From Microcoleus sp. (GTDB lineage Bacteria > Cyanobacteriota > Cyanobacteriia > Cyanobacteriales > Microcoleaceae), in the NCBI GenBank assembly GCA_052279835.1, contig CP181291.1, forward strand, positions 5,408,001-5,472,000: a stretch of DNA of 64,000 nucleotides. The letters are read 5' to 3'. Below are positions 42,061 through 51,316 of this stretch, piece after piece. How positions within the stretch are numbered: position 1 is the stretch's first letter; each line of letters begins with the position of its first letter. Position numbers and translations under genes: made by a program. Below the pieces are notes generated by a model. It worked only from the letters and a program-made list of their open reading frames with translations. It ran no database searches and was not told the origin of the DNA.

Positions 42061-43581
42061 CTAAAATTGAAAATAAACAAAGGGGTCAGGAATTATTGCT
42101 GCAAATCTCAATATCATTGAAGCCAATACTCCATAAAAAGCTGCAAAACTCCAGGTTGGGATTTTACGATGCCAATCAGCAAACCAACCCTTGTAAGCTG
42201 CCCAATGGACTATGGTTAAAGGGACAAAAATCCATCCAATTTGGATATTTATGTTTTGAGAACCGGCAGAATTTAGGAAGAGAAAAGCTTTCTCCACTTG
42301 GATAGCAGTGCTGATATCGTTACTCCGAAAGAAGATTGTAGACGCGCAAATCCAGTAAAAAGTGAGGGGGATGCCTATGATATTTCTAATCGGCATCAAT
42401 TGTTTGTAGGGAGCCATCCAAGATGACCATTGCTTGTGAACAACTAAAGCGATGCCATTCAATCCCCCCCAAAGTATAAAATGCCAAGCTGCACCATGCC
42501 AGAATCCAGAAACAAGCATGAGAATGAGGGTATTTCTGGATTTAAACAATTCTGTGCGTTCCGCTTTTGGTCGCCTTTTCATCAAAGGGAAATAGATATA
42601 GTCTCGTAGCCAAGTGAAGAGGGTAATGTGCCAACGTTGCCAAAATAGAGTGATATTACTGGAAAGGAAGGGAAAATTAAAGTTAAGAGGTAACTTATAT
42701 CCCAGCAACCCTGCACTAGCAATTGCCATATCTGAGTAGCCAGAAAAGTCACAGTATATTTGGATTATGAAAGAGACAGTAGCAATCCAACAACTCAAAG
42801 CGGTATAATTTTCTGGATTGGCGAAATACTGGTCTACTAAGGGAGATAAATTATCCGAAACACAAGCTTTTTTAAAATATCCCACCATAAAAAGTGTTAA
42901 ACATCCCCGAAAATCAACTTCATTTAAGTTTTTGGGAGTTAGTAACTGAGGTAAAAAAGTGGAGGCGCGGACAATAGGCCCGGCAACGAGTTGAGGGAAA
43001 AACGCTACAAATAAAGCAAAATCCCAAAAATTCCTAATCGGTTTTAGTTGGCATAAATAGACATCGATAGAATAGCTCAGAGTTTGAAAAGTATAAAAAC
43101 TAATGCCTGCTGGCAGAATGATTTCCAGGGTTTTAATACTGATAGGTAAACCCAAAAATGTTAATAAATTTGAGGCAGAGTCAACAAAAAAGTTATAGTA
43201 TTTGAAAAATCCTAATAATCCCAGGTTTACCACTAAACTCACTGCTAACCATATTTTGCGCTCGTTCTGACTCATTGGTTTCATCAGCAGCGTATCCCAA
43301 GAAGATAAGGCTATCTGTTCGTTTTGTAATCCCTCGCTGGTTGGAATTTCTGGTTCTGCTGTTGAGCGATCAACCAGTGGTCTAGATAGCATTAAACCGA
43401 CAAAGTAATCAACAAATGTGGATACCAAAAGCAGTGAAAGGAAGCGCCAATCCCAAGAACCATAGAAGATATAACTGCAAACTAGCAACCAAAATTTGCG
43501 ATAATTGTTTTTTTCTAAAGTCCAGTAGACGCCGAAAATTAGAATAAAGAAAAAGACAAACCTAAATTCTGTAAAAATCAT
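42061..43581 (-). CDS. MBOAT family O-acyltransferase (AlgI/DltB-like)
   Basis: GISFYTFQTLSY, FFPQLVAGPIVR, IYCDFSGYSDMA, FWQRWHITL, GFWHGA, terminal F.YFQF. Confidence 0.93.
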   Translation of the reverse strand: MIFTEFRFVFFFILIFGVYWTLEKNNYRKFWLLVCSYIFYGSWDWRFLSLLLVSTFVDYFVGLMLSRPLVDRSTAEPEIPTSEGLQNEQIALSSWDTLLMKPMSQNERKIWLAVSLVVNLGLLGFFKYYNFFVDSASNLLTFLGLPISIKTLEIILPAGISFYTFQTLSYSIDVYLCQLKPIRNFWDFALFVAFFPQLVAGPIVRASTFLPQLLTPKNLNEVDFRGCLTLFMVGYFKKACVSDNLSPLVDQYFANPENYTALSCWIATVSFIIQIYCDFSGYSDMAIASAGLLGYKLPLNFNFPFLSSNITLFWQRWHITLFTWLRDYIYFPLMKRRPKAERTELFKSRNTLILMLVSGFWHGAAWHFILWGGLNGIALVVHKQWSSWMAPYKQLMPIRNIIGIPLTFYWICASTIFFRSNDISTAIQVEKAFLFLNSAGSQNINIQIGWIFVPLTIVHWAAYKGWFADWHRKIPTWSFAAFYGVLASMILRFAAIIPDPFVYFQF

Positions 43582-43639
43582 GTTGCTCCTAATGGGTGAA
43601 TGTTTGAGCAGGTTGGACTATTTACCACATTAACTCTGT

Positions 43640-43813
43640 CAGGGCGGTTTCATTCTCTTGTAGGGGCAATCCCCCTGTGGTTGCCCTTTTGGGTTTGGGG
43701 GCGGGCACCCTTCGGCAAGCTCAGGGCAGGCACCCTTCGGCAAGCTCAGGGCAGGCACGGGGGCACTGCCCCTACAGAAAACCTCCTTTTGATCTGAGAA
43801 TGAAACCGCCCTG
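43640..43813. mobile_element. MITE with 18-bp TIRs and 12-bp target duplication, carrying REP cargo
   Basis: CAGGGCGGTTTCATTCTC / GAGAATGAAACCGCCCTG; CATTAACTCTGT at 43628-43639 and 43814-43825. Confidence 0.88.
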
Positions 43814-43815
43814 CA

Positions 43816-44997
43816 TTAACTCTGTGCGGATGAGTGAGATATAACGGGTTGATTGGATACTTTCTGTTCAGATAACTTCAGATACTCCGAAAACTTAGCT
43901 GCTAAACTATAGGTGTACTCTTGAGCGCCTTGGTGATTTAAGTGCAAACTATCAATTCGGTTAGATAGTTCATATAAATTTGCAAAGTTATTAGAAGTAA
44001 AAGCAAATAAGGTAGGAATATATCCTAGATTAAAAGCGCTCATAATGGCAGAAGCAGAATGCTCAAAATCAGGATGTAAAGCTGGAGAAATTAAAAATAT
44101 AGGCTCAACTTTTATCTTGGTAACTTTTTCAAAATCATAAACTTTATCAACCAGTTGTTTAACCATTTTACTTGCATAATAGGTGTGGGTTGATGTGGAT
44201 ATATTATCTAACTCGAAAGCTACTTCTTTTACTTTTTCTAATCTACGTTGATAAACTTCTCCGTAATTCGACAGAAAAAACTTTTTCCGGCTTTCACCAT
44301 TCTCCATCCAATCAATTGCATAATATCCAGCCTCTTGGAGTAACTTGTTCTCAGATATGCCGTTTTCTAATACTTCCTCTCTTGGGTGCAAAAAATTAGA
44401 AAAATCACCAATTCCGAACCAGCGATAGAAAAAGCTTATAAAATTTGTATAAAAAGCCTTAATTTTGACTGGTAAGCTACGGTTTGATTCAGCCATTAAT
44501 AGAAAATTTTCTATCGTTTTCATAGGAGTATGCCAATAGACATTTTTCGTCGAAGTCGGTTGTTCGTTCTCAGTCAAAACGTCAAATACGCAGTCTAAAA
44601 AAATCCATTTTAATTTAGCTGGTTTTAAAGTTAAAACTTTTTGTAAATAGAAATCCATCTCCGCTGCATTTGCACTTGGGATACCAAGGTTGAAAGACTT
44701 AACATTATTACCATTGGCTGTCATTAATTCATCAAAATAGTTTGGGATAATTCCATGATATGTGGTACTGGGGCCTAAAAAAATAATATCGTAATCATCT
44801 TTATGTTCGGTCAAATATTGAAATTTAACGCTGATGTCACCAAGACCTTGAGGAGTTTTAAAAGGGGGGAAACCCGTATTGATTAACCCAGCAGTTAAAA
44901 TCAAAGCCAGCATAAAAGTTATGCTATGAACAAATATAGATACTGGTTTTGTTGCCATGATGCTTTTAATCTGTACACCCAAATCCGAAATTTGCAT
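43816..44997 (-). CDS. Membrane-anchored SGNH-like protein (AlgJ/DltD-type MBOAT partner)
   Basis: N-terminal TM; IIFLGPS.T (block I), SFNLG and D.LHLN..GA (DxxH); directly upstream of the MBOAT gene. Confidence 0.7.
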   Translation of the reverse strand: MQISDLGVQIKSIMATKPVSIFVHSITFMLALILTAGLINTGFPPFKTPQGLGDISVKFQYLTEHKDDYDIIFLGPSTTYHGIIPNYFDELMTANGNNVKSFNLGIPSANAAEMDFYLQKVLTLKPAKLKWIFLDCVFDVLTENEQPTSTKNVYWHTPMKTIENFLLMAESNRSLPVKIKAFYTNFISFFYRWFGIGDFSNFLHPREEVLENGISENKLLQEAGYYAIDWMENGESRKKFFLSNYGEVYQRRLEKVKEVAFELDNISTSTHTYYASKMVKQLVDKVYDFEKVTKIKVEPIFLISPALHPDFEHSASAIMSAFNLGYIPTLFAFTSNNFANLYELSNRIDSLHLNHQGAQEYTYSLAAKFSEYLKLSEQKVSNQPVISHSSAQS

Positions 44998-45093
44998 AAT
45001 AAGTGTAAGCTTTTGTATCGTACTTTCTAAAAATTACAACTGTTTTTAATGATACAGCATTTAATTAAAATCTCAATATTTTATTTATAACGA

Positions 45094-45113
45094 ATATATA
45101 TATATATATATAT
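45094..45113. repeat. (AT)10 microsatellite in a divergent intergenic region
   Basis: Perfect 20-nt dinucleotide run. Confidence 0.9.
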
Positions 45114-45223
45114 TATAAGGTAAAATGATTGTATTCTTGTTGCTTAAACATTCCCGAACTGATATGTTGGTTATATATATGCTTGCTATCGCGAAAAATA
45201 TTCCTTAACTGTGACGAAAAGCA

Positions 45224-46369
45224 ATGAAATCTGAAAAAATTTTTACTGCTGCCCAAGAACACCCTCTAGCAGGTAGCTCGTTTATTAACTTGATAAAATT
45301 GTTGATTTTGAATGGAGGGATAGATAGAGAATATCTTACTCGAACTTTGTCCATCGCAATGGCAAGTTTTTCAACGATTCCCTTAAGAGTGTTTGAAACT
45401 GTAAAATTTGCTCAAAAGATGGCCGATTTGCCAATTGATTTACCACCAATATTTCTGATCGGCCATCATCGCAGTGGGACAACTTATTTACATGATTTAA
45501 TGAGTCGCGATCCCAATTTCTGCTATTTGGAACATTGGCAAGCTATGGGGGGGTCAGAAATCTTTCTCGGTAGCCCAGAATTAGCTAAAAGTTGGGCTGA
45601 TTCAAACTATCCCAGAAAAAGAATATCTGATGGAGTAATAATGTACGCTGATTCTCCCGAAGAGGAAGAATTTGCCCTGGCAAACTCTTCTTTGTACTCT
45701 TTTTATGCTTGGCATTATTTCCCCAAAAATATGAAAAAACTGTTCCAACAATTTGCATTATTTGAAAATCAAAATGACCAGATAAAAACCGAATGGAAAA
45801 AAGCTTATATGCAAGTTTTACAACGAATAAGTTTGAGTGGTAATGGAAAAAGACTTCTAATTAAAAATCCTGTCCATACAGCGAGAGTAAAGATTTTGTT
45901 AGAAATTTTTCCTGATGCAAAGTTTATTTGTATTTATCGCAATCCTTACACGATTTACGCTTCGACAAGACAATTATATAAAAAACTTTTGCCCATATTT
46001 CAACTTCAAAATATAAGTGAAGTAGAACTTGAGGAAAATATAATTTATATTTATCAACAAATGATGCAAAAGTATTTGGCTGATAAAAATTCTATTCCTC
46101 CAGAAAACTTGATTGAAATTAGGTATGAAGATTTCATTGGCAACGAAATTCTATATCTTAATAAGGTATATAATCAATTCAACCTTCCTGGCTTTGAACA
46201 GGCAGAATCTGAGTTCAAGAAATATATTGAATCTCAGGCTAAGTATAAAACAAATCAGTACATTTTAGATGAGGAAACAATTACAAAAATCACTGAAGAA
46301 TGGAAATTCACGATTGAAAAATGGCAATACGATCTACCAGACAATTTTAGATCCTATCCATCAACTTGA
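45224..46369 (+). CDS. PAPS-dependent sulfotransferase (Sulfotransfer_3, Stf3-like)
   Basis: PIFLIGHHRSGTTYLH 5'-PSB loop, KNPVHTAR, IYRNPY..YAS 3'-PB motif, IRYEDF. Confidence 0.88.
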   Translation: MKSEKIFTAAQEHPLAGSSFINLIKLLILNGGIDREYLTRTLSIAMASFSTIPLRVFETVKFAQKMADLPIDLPPIFLIGHHRSGTTYLHDLMSRDPNFCYLEHWQAMGGSEIFLGSPELAKSWADSNYPRKRISDGVIMYADSPEEEEFALANSSLYSFYAWHYFPKNMKKLFQQFALFENQNDQIKTEWKKAYMQVLQRISLSGNGKRLLIKNPVHTARVKILLEIFPDAKFICIYRNPYTIYASTRQLYKKLLPIFQLQNISEVELEENIIYIYQQMMQKYLADKNSIPPENLIEIRYEDFIGNEILYLNKVYNQFNLPGFEQAESEFKKYIESQAKYKTNQYILDEETITKITEEWKFTIEKWQYDLPDNFRSYPST

Positions 46370-47731
46370 GAGAGATTATCTTTCTCTCCTGAAGATACAA
46401 ACTCAGCATCACTACTCAAAGATTTTGGTAAGTAGACTAGCAATAAAAGAAGTTTGACAAACCTGAACAATACAGACGACAGCCACAAAATGTCATTATT
46501 GTGGAAATACCAACTGGCTATAGCTGGTGGTATAAATCCCAAAGGAGCAGAGAGTAAGGTGACATTACGAACAACTTTACCTTCTGCTAAGCCTAAGAAA
46601 TATCCTTCAAGCATCGAGGAAACTGAATAAAATGTCAGGATAAAGGATAAATACCAAACATAAGTATTAATACTTCCCGTAATTTCGCTATGGTTGGTTA
46701 ATATTCCAAAAATTATTTCAGGGAAACAAATACAAATTCCTGCTATACTTAGCCCGATCAGCAAGCTACTTGCAACTGAAACTCTTAGTAAAGGCAGAAA
46801 CTCCTCTCTTGAGTTTCTTGCCTTTAAAGTTTCCACTTAAAGTTTCCGTAGCAAATCCCAGTCCATTCGTTAAGTAAATATTTAACTGGATTATCTGCCC
46901 TAGTAGAGAGTTTTGGGCGAACATGATCTTACCCATCGAGGTACTCAAATGAGCAAAAGTCGTAAAAATAGACATTTCAGTAATGGTTCTAATCAAGATA
47001 TCTCTATTAAGAGTCAGGGTAATTTTCAAAGATGACAAATTCAGAATTTTTGGAGCGACAGTTTGTAGTTCTTGCCACTGAAGTTTCTGACTCGCTAAAA
47101 TGATGCCAATAAACAACATTAAATATTGGCTAAATGCTTGAGAGACTCCCGCTCCTGTACTGTTCCAACCCAATTGAATAATTAATACATAGTCTAAAAC
47201 TATATTGGCAGCATTGCCAATAACTGAAAGGATTAAAACCTGATTATTCTCCTCTCGTCCCAGCAACCAACCGATCAGAACGAAGTTGAGTAAAACACCA
47301 GGCGCTCCCCAAATCCGAGCATTAAAATATTCAATCCCAGCAGCCTTGATATCAATATCGGCACTCAATAGCCAAAAACCCACCTCTCGCACAGGATACT
47401 GCAAAATTAAGAGCGTGATACCTAATCCCAAGGCGATTAGTCCATTGCGTAGACCGACTAACAGCGCACCCTCTCGATCATCTGCTCCTGTAGCCTGGGC
47501 TGTCAACCCCGTAGTTCCCATCCGCAAGAACTCAAAAATTAAATAGAGGAGATTGAATAAGACATTAGCAATGGCAACCCCCACTAAAGCATCAATTTCT
47601 TTCAGATGACCCAAAAAAGCCACACTGATTAAACCTGCTAAGGGAATCATCAAATTAGAGAGAACATTAACAATAGCTAGACGATAGAATCGGGGTAGAA
47701 AATCGTAATTTTCTGGAAATGTTAAGTTCAT
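46354..47731 (-). CDS. MATE (DinF-like) efflux transporter, split by an apparent +1 frameshift near 46814
   Basis: FLRMGTTGLTAQA, NIVLD and GLGFATETL.GNFKG; the C-terminal half continues in another frame (..REEFLPLLR..GYFLGLAEG). Confidence 0.85.
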
Positions 47732-47820
47732 GAGTTAATTAAGGGTTTACTGATAGTTCCGCAAAGCATTTAGCAGTGTAGCTGTTTTTGTCAATATCGC
47801 TCCACTTGCTTCATTTCAGG

Positions 47821-48030
47821 CCTTCAGATGATTTAGCTCCTGGCTATGTATCTGTCGTTGAGTTCGGCACTCCCAAAGCACGGATCGTCAAAAAATGCAG
47901 ACAGTAGAAGCCCTTCACCATGAAGCAATGGAACTGGTCGATCGAGCCATTCTCGCCCGTCAGCGCGGCGATCTCGACCAAGTGACTGCACTCACCAGAG
48001 TCGCCTTTGCCAAAGAAACGCGCCTCCGCG
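47821..48030 (+). pseudogene. Fragments of a two-gene pair: C-terminus ..GYVSVVEFGTPKARIVKK and N-terminus MQTVEALHHEAMELVDRA..
   Basis: Two overlapping protein-like fragments, both cut abruptly; higher GC than the island to the left. Confidence 0.45.
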
Positions 48031-48052
48031 GATTTAGTCGCCAACGAAGGGG

Positions 48053-48412
48053 ATGGAGAAACTTGAATTCACAGAAGCAGCACTTAAAGAACAACTCGAT
48101 CGCGCCGAAGCTGCCACCATCCTTGCTAATGCTACCGAACCCCGCGCCCGTTGGGCCTGCTACGATCGCACATCCGGCAATATCGTCATTCATCTCAAAG
48201 ATGGTTCCACGTTCATGTTCCCCCATCACCTGGGACAAGGGCTAGCCAACGCCACCCCAGATGACCTCGCCGCCGTCGAAGTTACCCCATCCGGTATCGG
48301 CTTACATTGGGAAACCCTCGATGTCGATTTAACTGTCCCATCCATCCTCCGAGGCATTTACGGCACTAAAACCTGGATGGAACAACTCCACCAGCAACAA
48401 ATTGTTACCTAG
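48053..48412 (+). CDS. DUF2442-domain protein (putative antitoxin), orphan
   Basis: I.L.DG..F..P....QGL..AT..DL..VEV.PSG.GLHWE.LDVDL.VP pattern. Confidence 0.8.
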   Translation: MEKLEFTEAALKEQLDRAEAATILANATEPRARWACYDRTSGNIVIHLKDGSTFMFPHHLGQGLANATPDDLAAVEVTPSGIGLHWETLDVDLTVPSILRGIYGTKTWMEQLHQQQIVT

Positions 48413-48459
48413 CCCCCTTTCCCTCAAAGCACGAATCATTGAGCTTAACCGAAGACAAG

Positions 48460-48585
48460 ATGACAGAAGACCCCATTCTGAAAGTCTGGCTACTAGAATA
48501 CGACAAACTCAAAGCCGAGCAAACCCAGCGGATTGGCTTCCGAGACAACCTCCTCTACCTCACCTTATCCTTTAATACAGATTAA
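48460..48585 (+). pseudogene. Truncated N-terminus of a membrane-protein gene
   Basis: MTEDPILKVWLLEYDKLKAEQTQRIGFRDNLLYLTL, ending abruptly at the stop of the convergent gene. Confidence 0.45.
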
Positions 48586-49064
48586 GCGTTAGCTGATAGG
48601 AAAGGAAGGCTTTCTGCTAAGTTATCTTTAACTTCAATTCCCTGTTTCATCGCCCAAAATTGGCTCAAAAAGTGGATTTGGCGCAAACCCACTATTAAAT
48701 TTAAACCTGGTATGAAAATCCACCAAACTGTTAGCGGTTCTTTGATTCCTTCTTGGCGATACAGTTCGTTGACTGTGTTGTAAAGTTTGAATTGTACGAT
48801 GTAAATCCAAGCAATGCCTAGGAAGGAAAACCAACCAAACCATCCGGGAACGTCGGGATCGTAGATTCGCAAAGCTTGGGGAATGGCTACTCCTAACACA
48901 AAGGGTAGCAAGCAGAGGGTTCCTGACCACCCGGTGCCGTTATAGCGGCGCAACTCTTCTTGAATAATCCATTTATACCATCCGTAGTACAGCAGCAAGG
49001 TGGCTGCGGATAGCAAAATTACTTTCCACAAGGAGCGGGGTTTACCTAAAGGTTTTTCGGACAT
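48582..49064 (-). CDS. DUF4234-like membrane protein
   Basis: GKPRS....ILLS..TL..YY..YKW..QEEL with several TM segments. Confidence 0.7.
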   Translation of the reverse strand: MSEKPLGKPRSLWKVILLSAATLLLYYGWYKWIIQEELRRYNGTGWSGTLCLLPFVLGVAIPQALRIYDPDVPGWFGWFSFLGIAWIYIVQFKLYNTVNELYRQEGIKEPLTVWWIFIPGLNLIVGLRQIHFLSQFWAMKQGIEVKDNLAESLPFLSANA

Positions 49065-49115
49065 ATTGAAATGTAAGAGATGGATGGCAATCTTGATTAT
49101 ATTAAGATTTGTTAA

Positions 49116-50264
49116 TTATTGCAAAATCATTTCTCGAATTGTGCGTGCTGTGGCGGGGGCGAGTAATACGCCGTTGCGATAGTGGCCGCTGGCGATGAGG
49201 ATGTTGTTGTTACTGGAAAGTCGATCGATAATTGGTGCGGGTCGCATTTCGGGGCGCGGGCGCAATCCTGACCATTGCTTGATAATCTTGGCTGTTGCTA
49301 AGGCTGGACAAAGGGCGATCGCCTTTTCCATGACTTGCTGCAACATATCAGCATTCGCCTGAATTTCCTCGCTATTTACCGGAAACTCCACCGTCGCCCC
49401 TACCCAATATTCCTGATTTTGCAAAGGCACAATATGGACGTCATTGCAAGTAATTACTGGGGCAAAATCAGGATTTTCTAGAGGTTTGGGCGATCGCAAA
49501 TGTAGCGCTTGTCCCAACACCGGGCGAATGTCAACCAATTGATTTAATGATGCGGTTAAAGCAGAAGAGCCTAAACCAGCAGCTACAATTAGCCAATCGA
49601 ATTCTAAATTTCCTACATTTGTTTGAATCTGACATTTTGCACCATTTTCAATCACAGGCATCTTGCCTGTTCCACAAGGTATTACATTGGTTATGGGGTG
49701 GGCATCTTTCCCGCCCATGAGGCCTTGAATTTCTACCCCAAAGTCAAAATTAACTCCTTTGAGCTTAGCAGCCTCAACTAAAGCTAAAGTCAGGGCTGTG
49801 GGATCGACTTGTCGATCGCGAGGTGAATAAATAGCACCAATAATGGGATGATTGAGATTAAGATGAGGATTGCGATCGCGCACTTGCTCTAAATCCCAAA
49901 TTTCCAAATTCCAACCTTGAGACTGGCGAGTGGCTTGCAATTTTTCCCACTTACTTAAATCATCTCCCTCGGAACAAAGCATCAAAATTCCCTGTTTGTT
50001 AAAAGGAATTTTCCGCCCCGTTATTGCTTCTAATTCTGGAATCAGAGTTTCGTAATGCTGAAGGCTACTTTCTCTTAACTGCCAATTTCTGCCCTTGGTT
50101 TTGTGGCTAATTATTCCCATCAATACACCAAGGGCTGCACCGGTGGATGCTTGTGCCGGCGGCTGTTTGTCGAATACCGTGACTTTCAGTTCGGGATAGT
50201 GGCTTAGTTCAAAGGCGATCGATGCTCCGACAATACCACATCCAATAATTGCAATACGAACCAT
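49116..50264 (-). CDS. FAD-dependent oxidoreductase (DAO/glycine oxidase family)
   Basis: IIGCGIVG, STGAALG, WSGLRPRP and GHYRNGVLLAP. Confidence 0.9.
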   Translation of the reverse strand: MVRIAIIGCGIVGASIAFELSHYPELKVTVFDKQPPAQASTGAALGVLMGIISHKTKGRNWQLRESSLQHYETLIPELEAITGRKIPFNKQGILMLCSEGDDLSKWEKLQATRQSQGWNLEIWDLEQVRDRNPHLNLNHPIIGAIYSPRDRQVDPTALTLALVEAAKLKGVNFDFGVEIQGLMGGKDAHPITNVIPCGTGKMPVIENGAKCQIQTNVGNLEFDWLIVAAGLGSSALTASLNQLVDIRPVLGQALHLRSPKPLENPDFAPVITCNDVHIVPLQNQEYWVGATVEFPVNSEEIQANADMLQQVMEKAIALCPALATAKIIKQWSGLRPRPEMRPAPIIDRLSSNNNILIASGHYRNGVLLAPATARTIREMILQ

Positions 50265-50309
50265 TCGATTTGAGATTTATGAGGTATGTTCAATATCCCG
50301 TAGGGACAC

Positions 50310-50703
50310 GGCATTTACTTGTTACCAGGCTCTGCCTGGTAACACAGATCCGGAGGCTCTGCCTCCAATTTGACTACTCTCAGAGCGAGGCAGAGCCTCT
50401 GGACATGGGTTCCCAGGCTCTAGCCTGGGAACCAGTACAATGGGCATTTACTTGTTACCAGGCTCTGCCTGGTAACACAGATCCGGAGGCTCTGCCTCCA
50501 ATTTGACTATTCTCAGAGCGAGGCAGAGCCTCTGGACATGGGTTCCCAGGCTAGAGCCTGGGAACCAGTACAATGGGCATTTACTTGTTACCAGGCTCTG
50601 CCTGGTAATACAGATCCGGAGGCTCTGCCTCCAATTTGACTATTCTCAGAGCGAGGCAGAGCCTCTGGACATGGGTTCCCAGGCTAGAGCCTGGGAACCA
50701 GTA
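50310..50703. repeat. Tandem array of three 133-bp multi-palindrome REP units
   Basis: Units start at 50310, 50443 and 50576 and are nearly identical. Confidence 0.95.
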
Positions 50704-50722
50704 AGCAGTAGCTCGACAGTGA

Positions 50723-51166
50723 TTAAGCTTTAGGAATTAGCTGCAAGAAAGCATCAAAATCCTTGACTGCTTTTTGATAGCTGCTGGTAACTTTTGCATA
50801 GTCAAGATCCTTAGCAGCAATATCAATATTCACCAAATCTGCAAACAAACTCTTGGTTAAGTCAACGGCTTGTTGTTGATCTTTAGGTAACAAACTTACA
50901 GATACGGTTTTCATTGCGCCCCGCAACTCGCCCAGAGGACCATGAATGTAAGTTCTGGTATCAACCCAGTTGCGTTTTTGAATTAGGGTTCCCAGGTTAT
51001 CCATGCGCGATCGCAATTCTGTCAGAGTAGGAACATAACGCTGAATTTGCTGAACCTGTGCTGCTGTGTAAGTTGTTGGAACTTTTGCTTCCACACTGCT
51101 GCAACTTACGAGAAATGCCATCAGAAATGACATCATTAAGGCAAGAATTGAACGGAGACGAATCAT
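50723..51166 (-). CDS. psbQ: Photosystem II lipoprotein CyanoQ
   Basis: Lipobox LVSC; W.D.RTYIHGPLG.LR. Confidence 0.93.
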   Translation of the reverse strand: MIRLRSILALMMSFLMAFLVSCSSVEAKVPTTYTAAQVQQIQRYVPTLTELRSRMDNLGTLIQKRNWVDTRTYIHGPLGELRGAMKTVSVSLLPKDQQQAVDLTKSLFADLVNIDIAAKDLDYAKVTSSYQKAVKDFDAFLQLIPKA

Positions 51167-51316
51167 GTCGATTTTAGATTTTAGATGTTAGATTTTAGAT
51201 TGCTCGTTGCGATCGAACACAGGTCCTACGGAAAGCTCGTTCCCCGGAAGAGCCTGGGAACGCAGATTCTTTGGCTCTGCCTCGCTCACCCAGCACCGAA
51301 AGTGAGGTACAAAATG

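Noticed and set aside
39342..47731. Cyanotoxin cluster (guanitoxin or cylindrospermopsin)
   Set aside because: A MATE, sulfotransferase and methyltransferase are present, but there are no PKS/NRPS, amidinotransferase, PLP enzymes or kinase.
47895..48245. 116-aa ORF as an intact gene
   Set aside because: Only the first ~41 aa look protein-like; the rest is an off-frame read through the DUF2442 gene.
50310..50703. Possible CRISPR array
   Set aside because: Whole 133-bp units are repeated with no unique spacers, and no cas genes are present.
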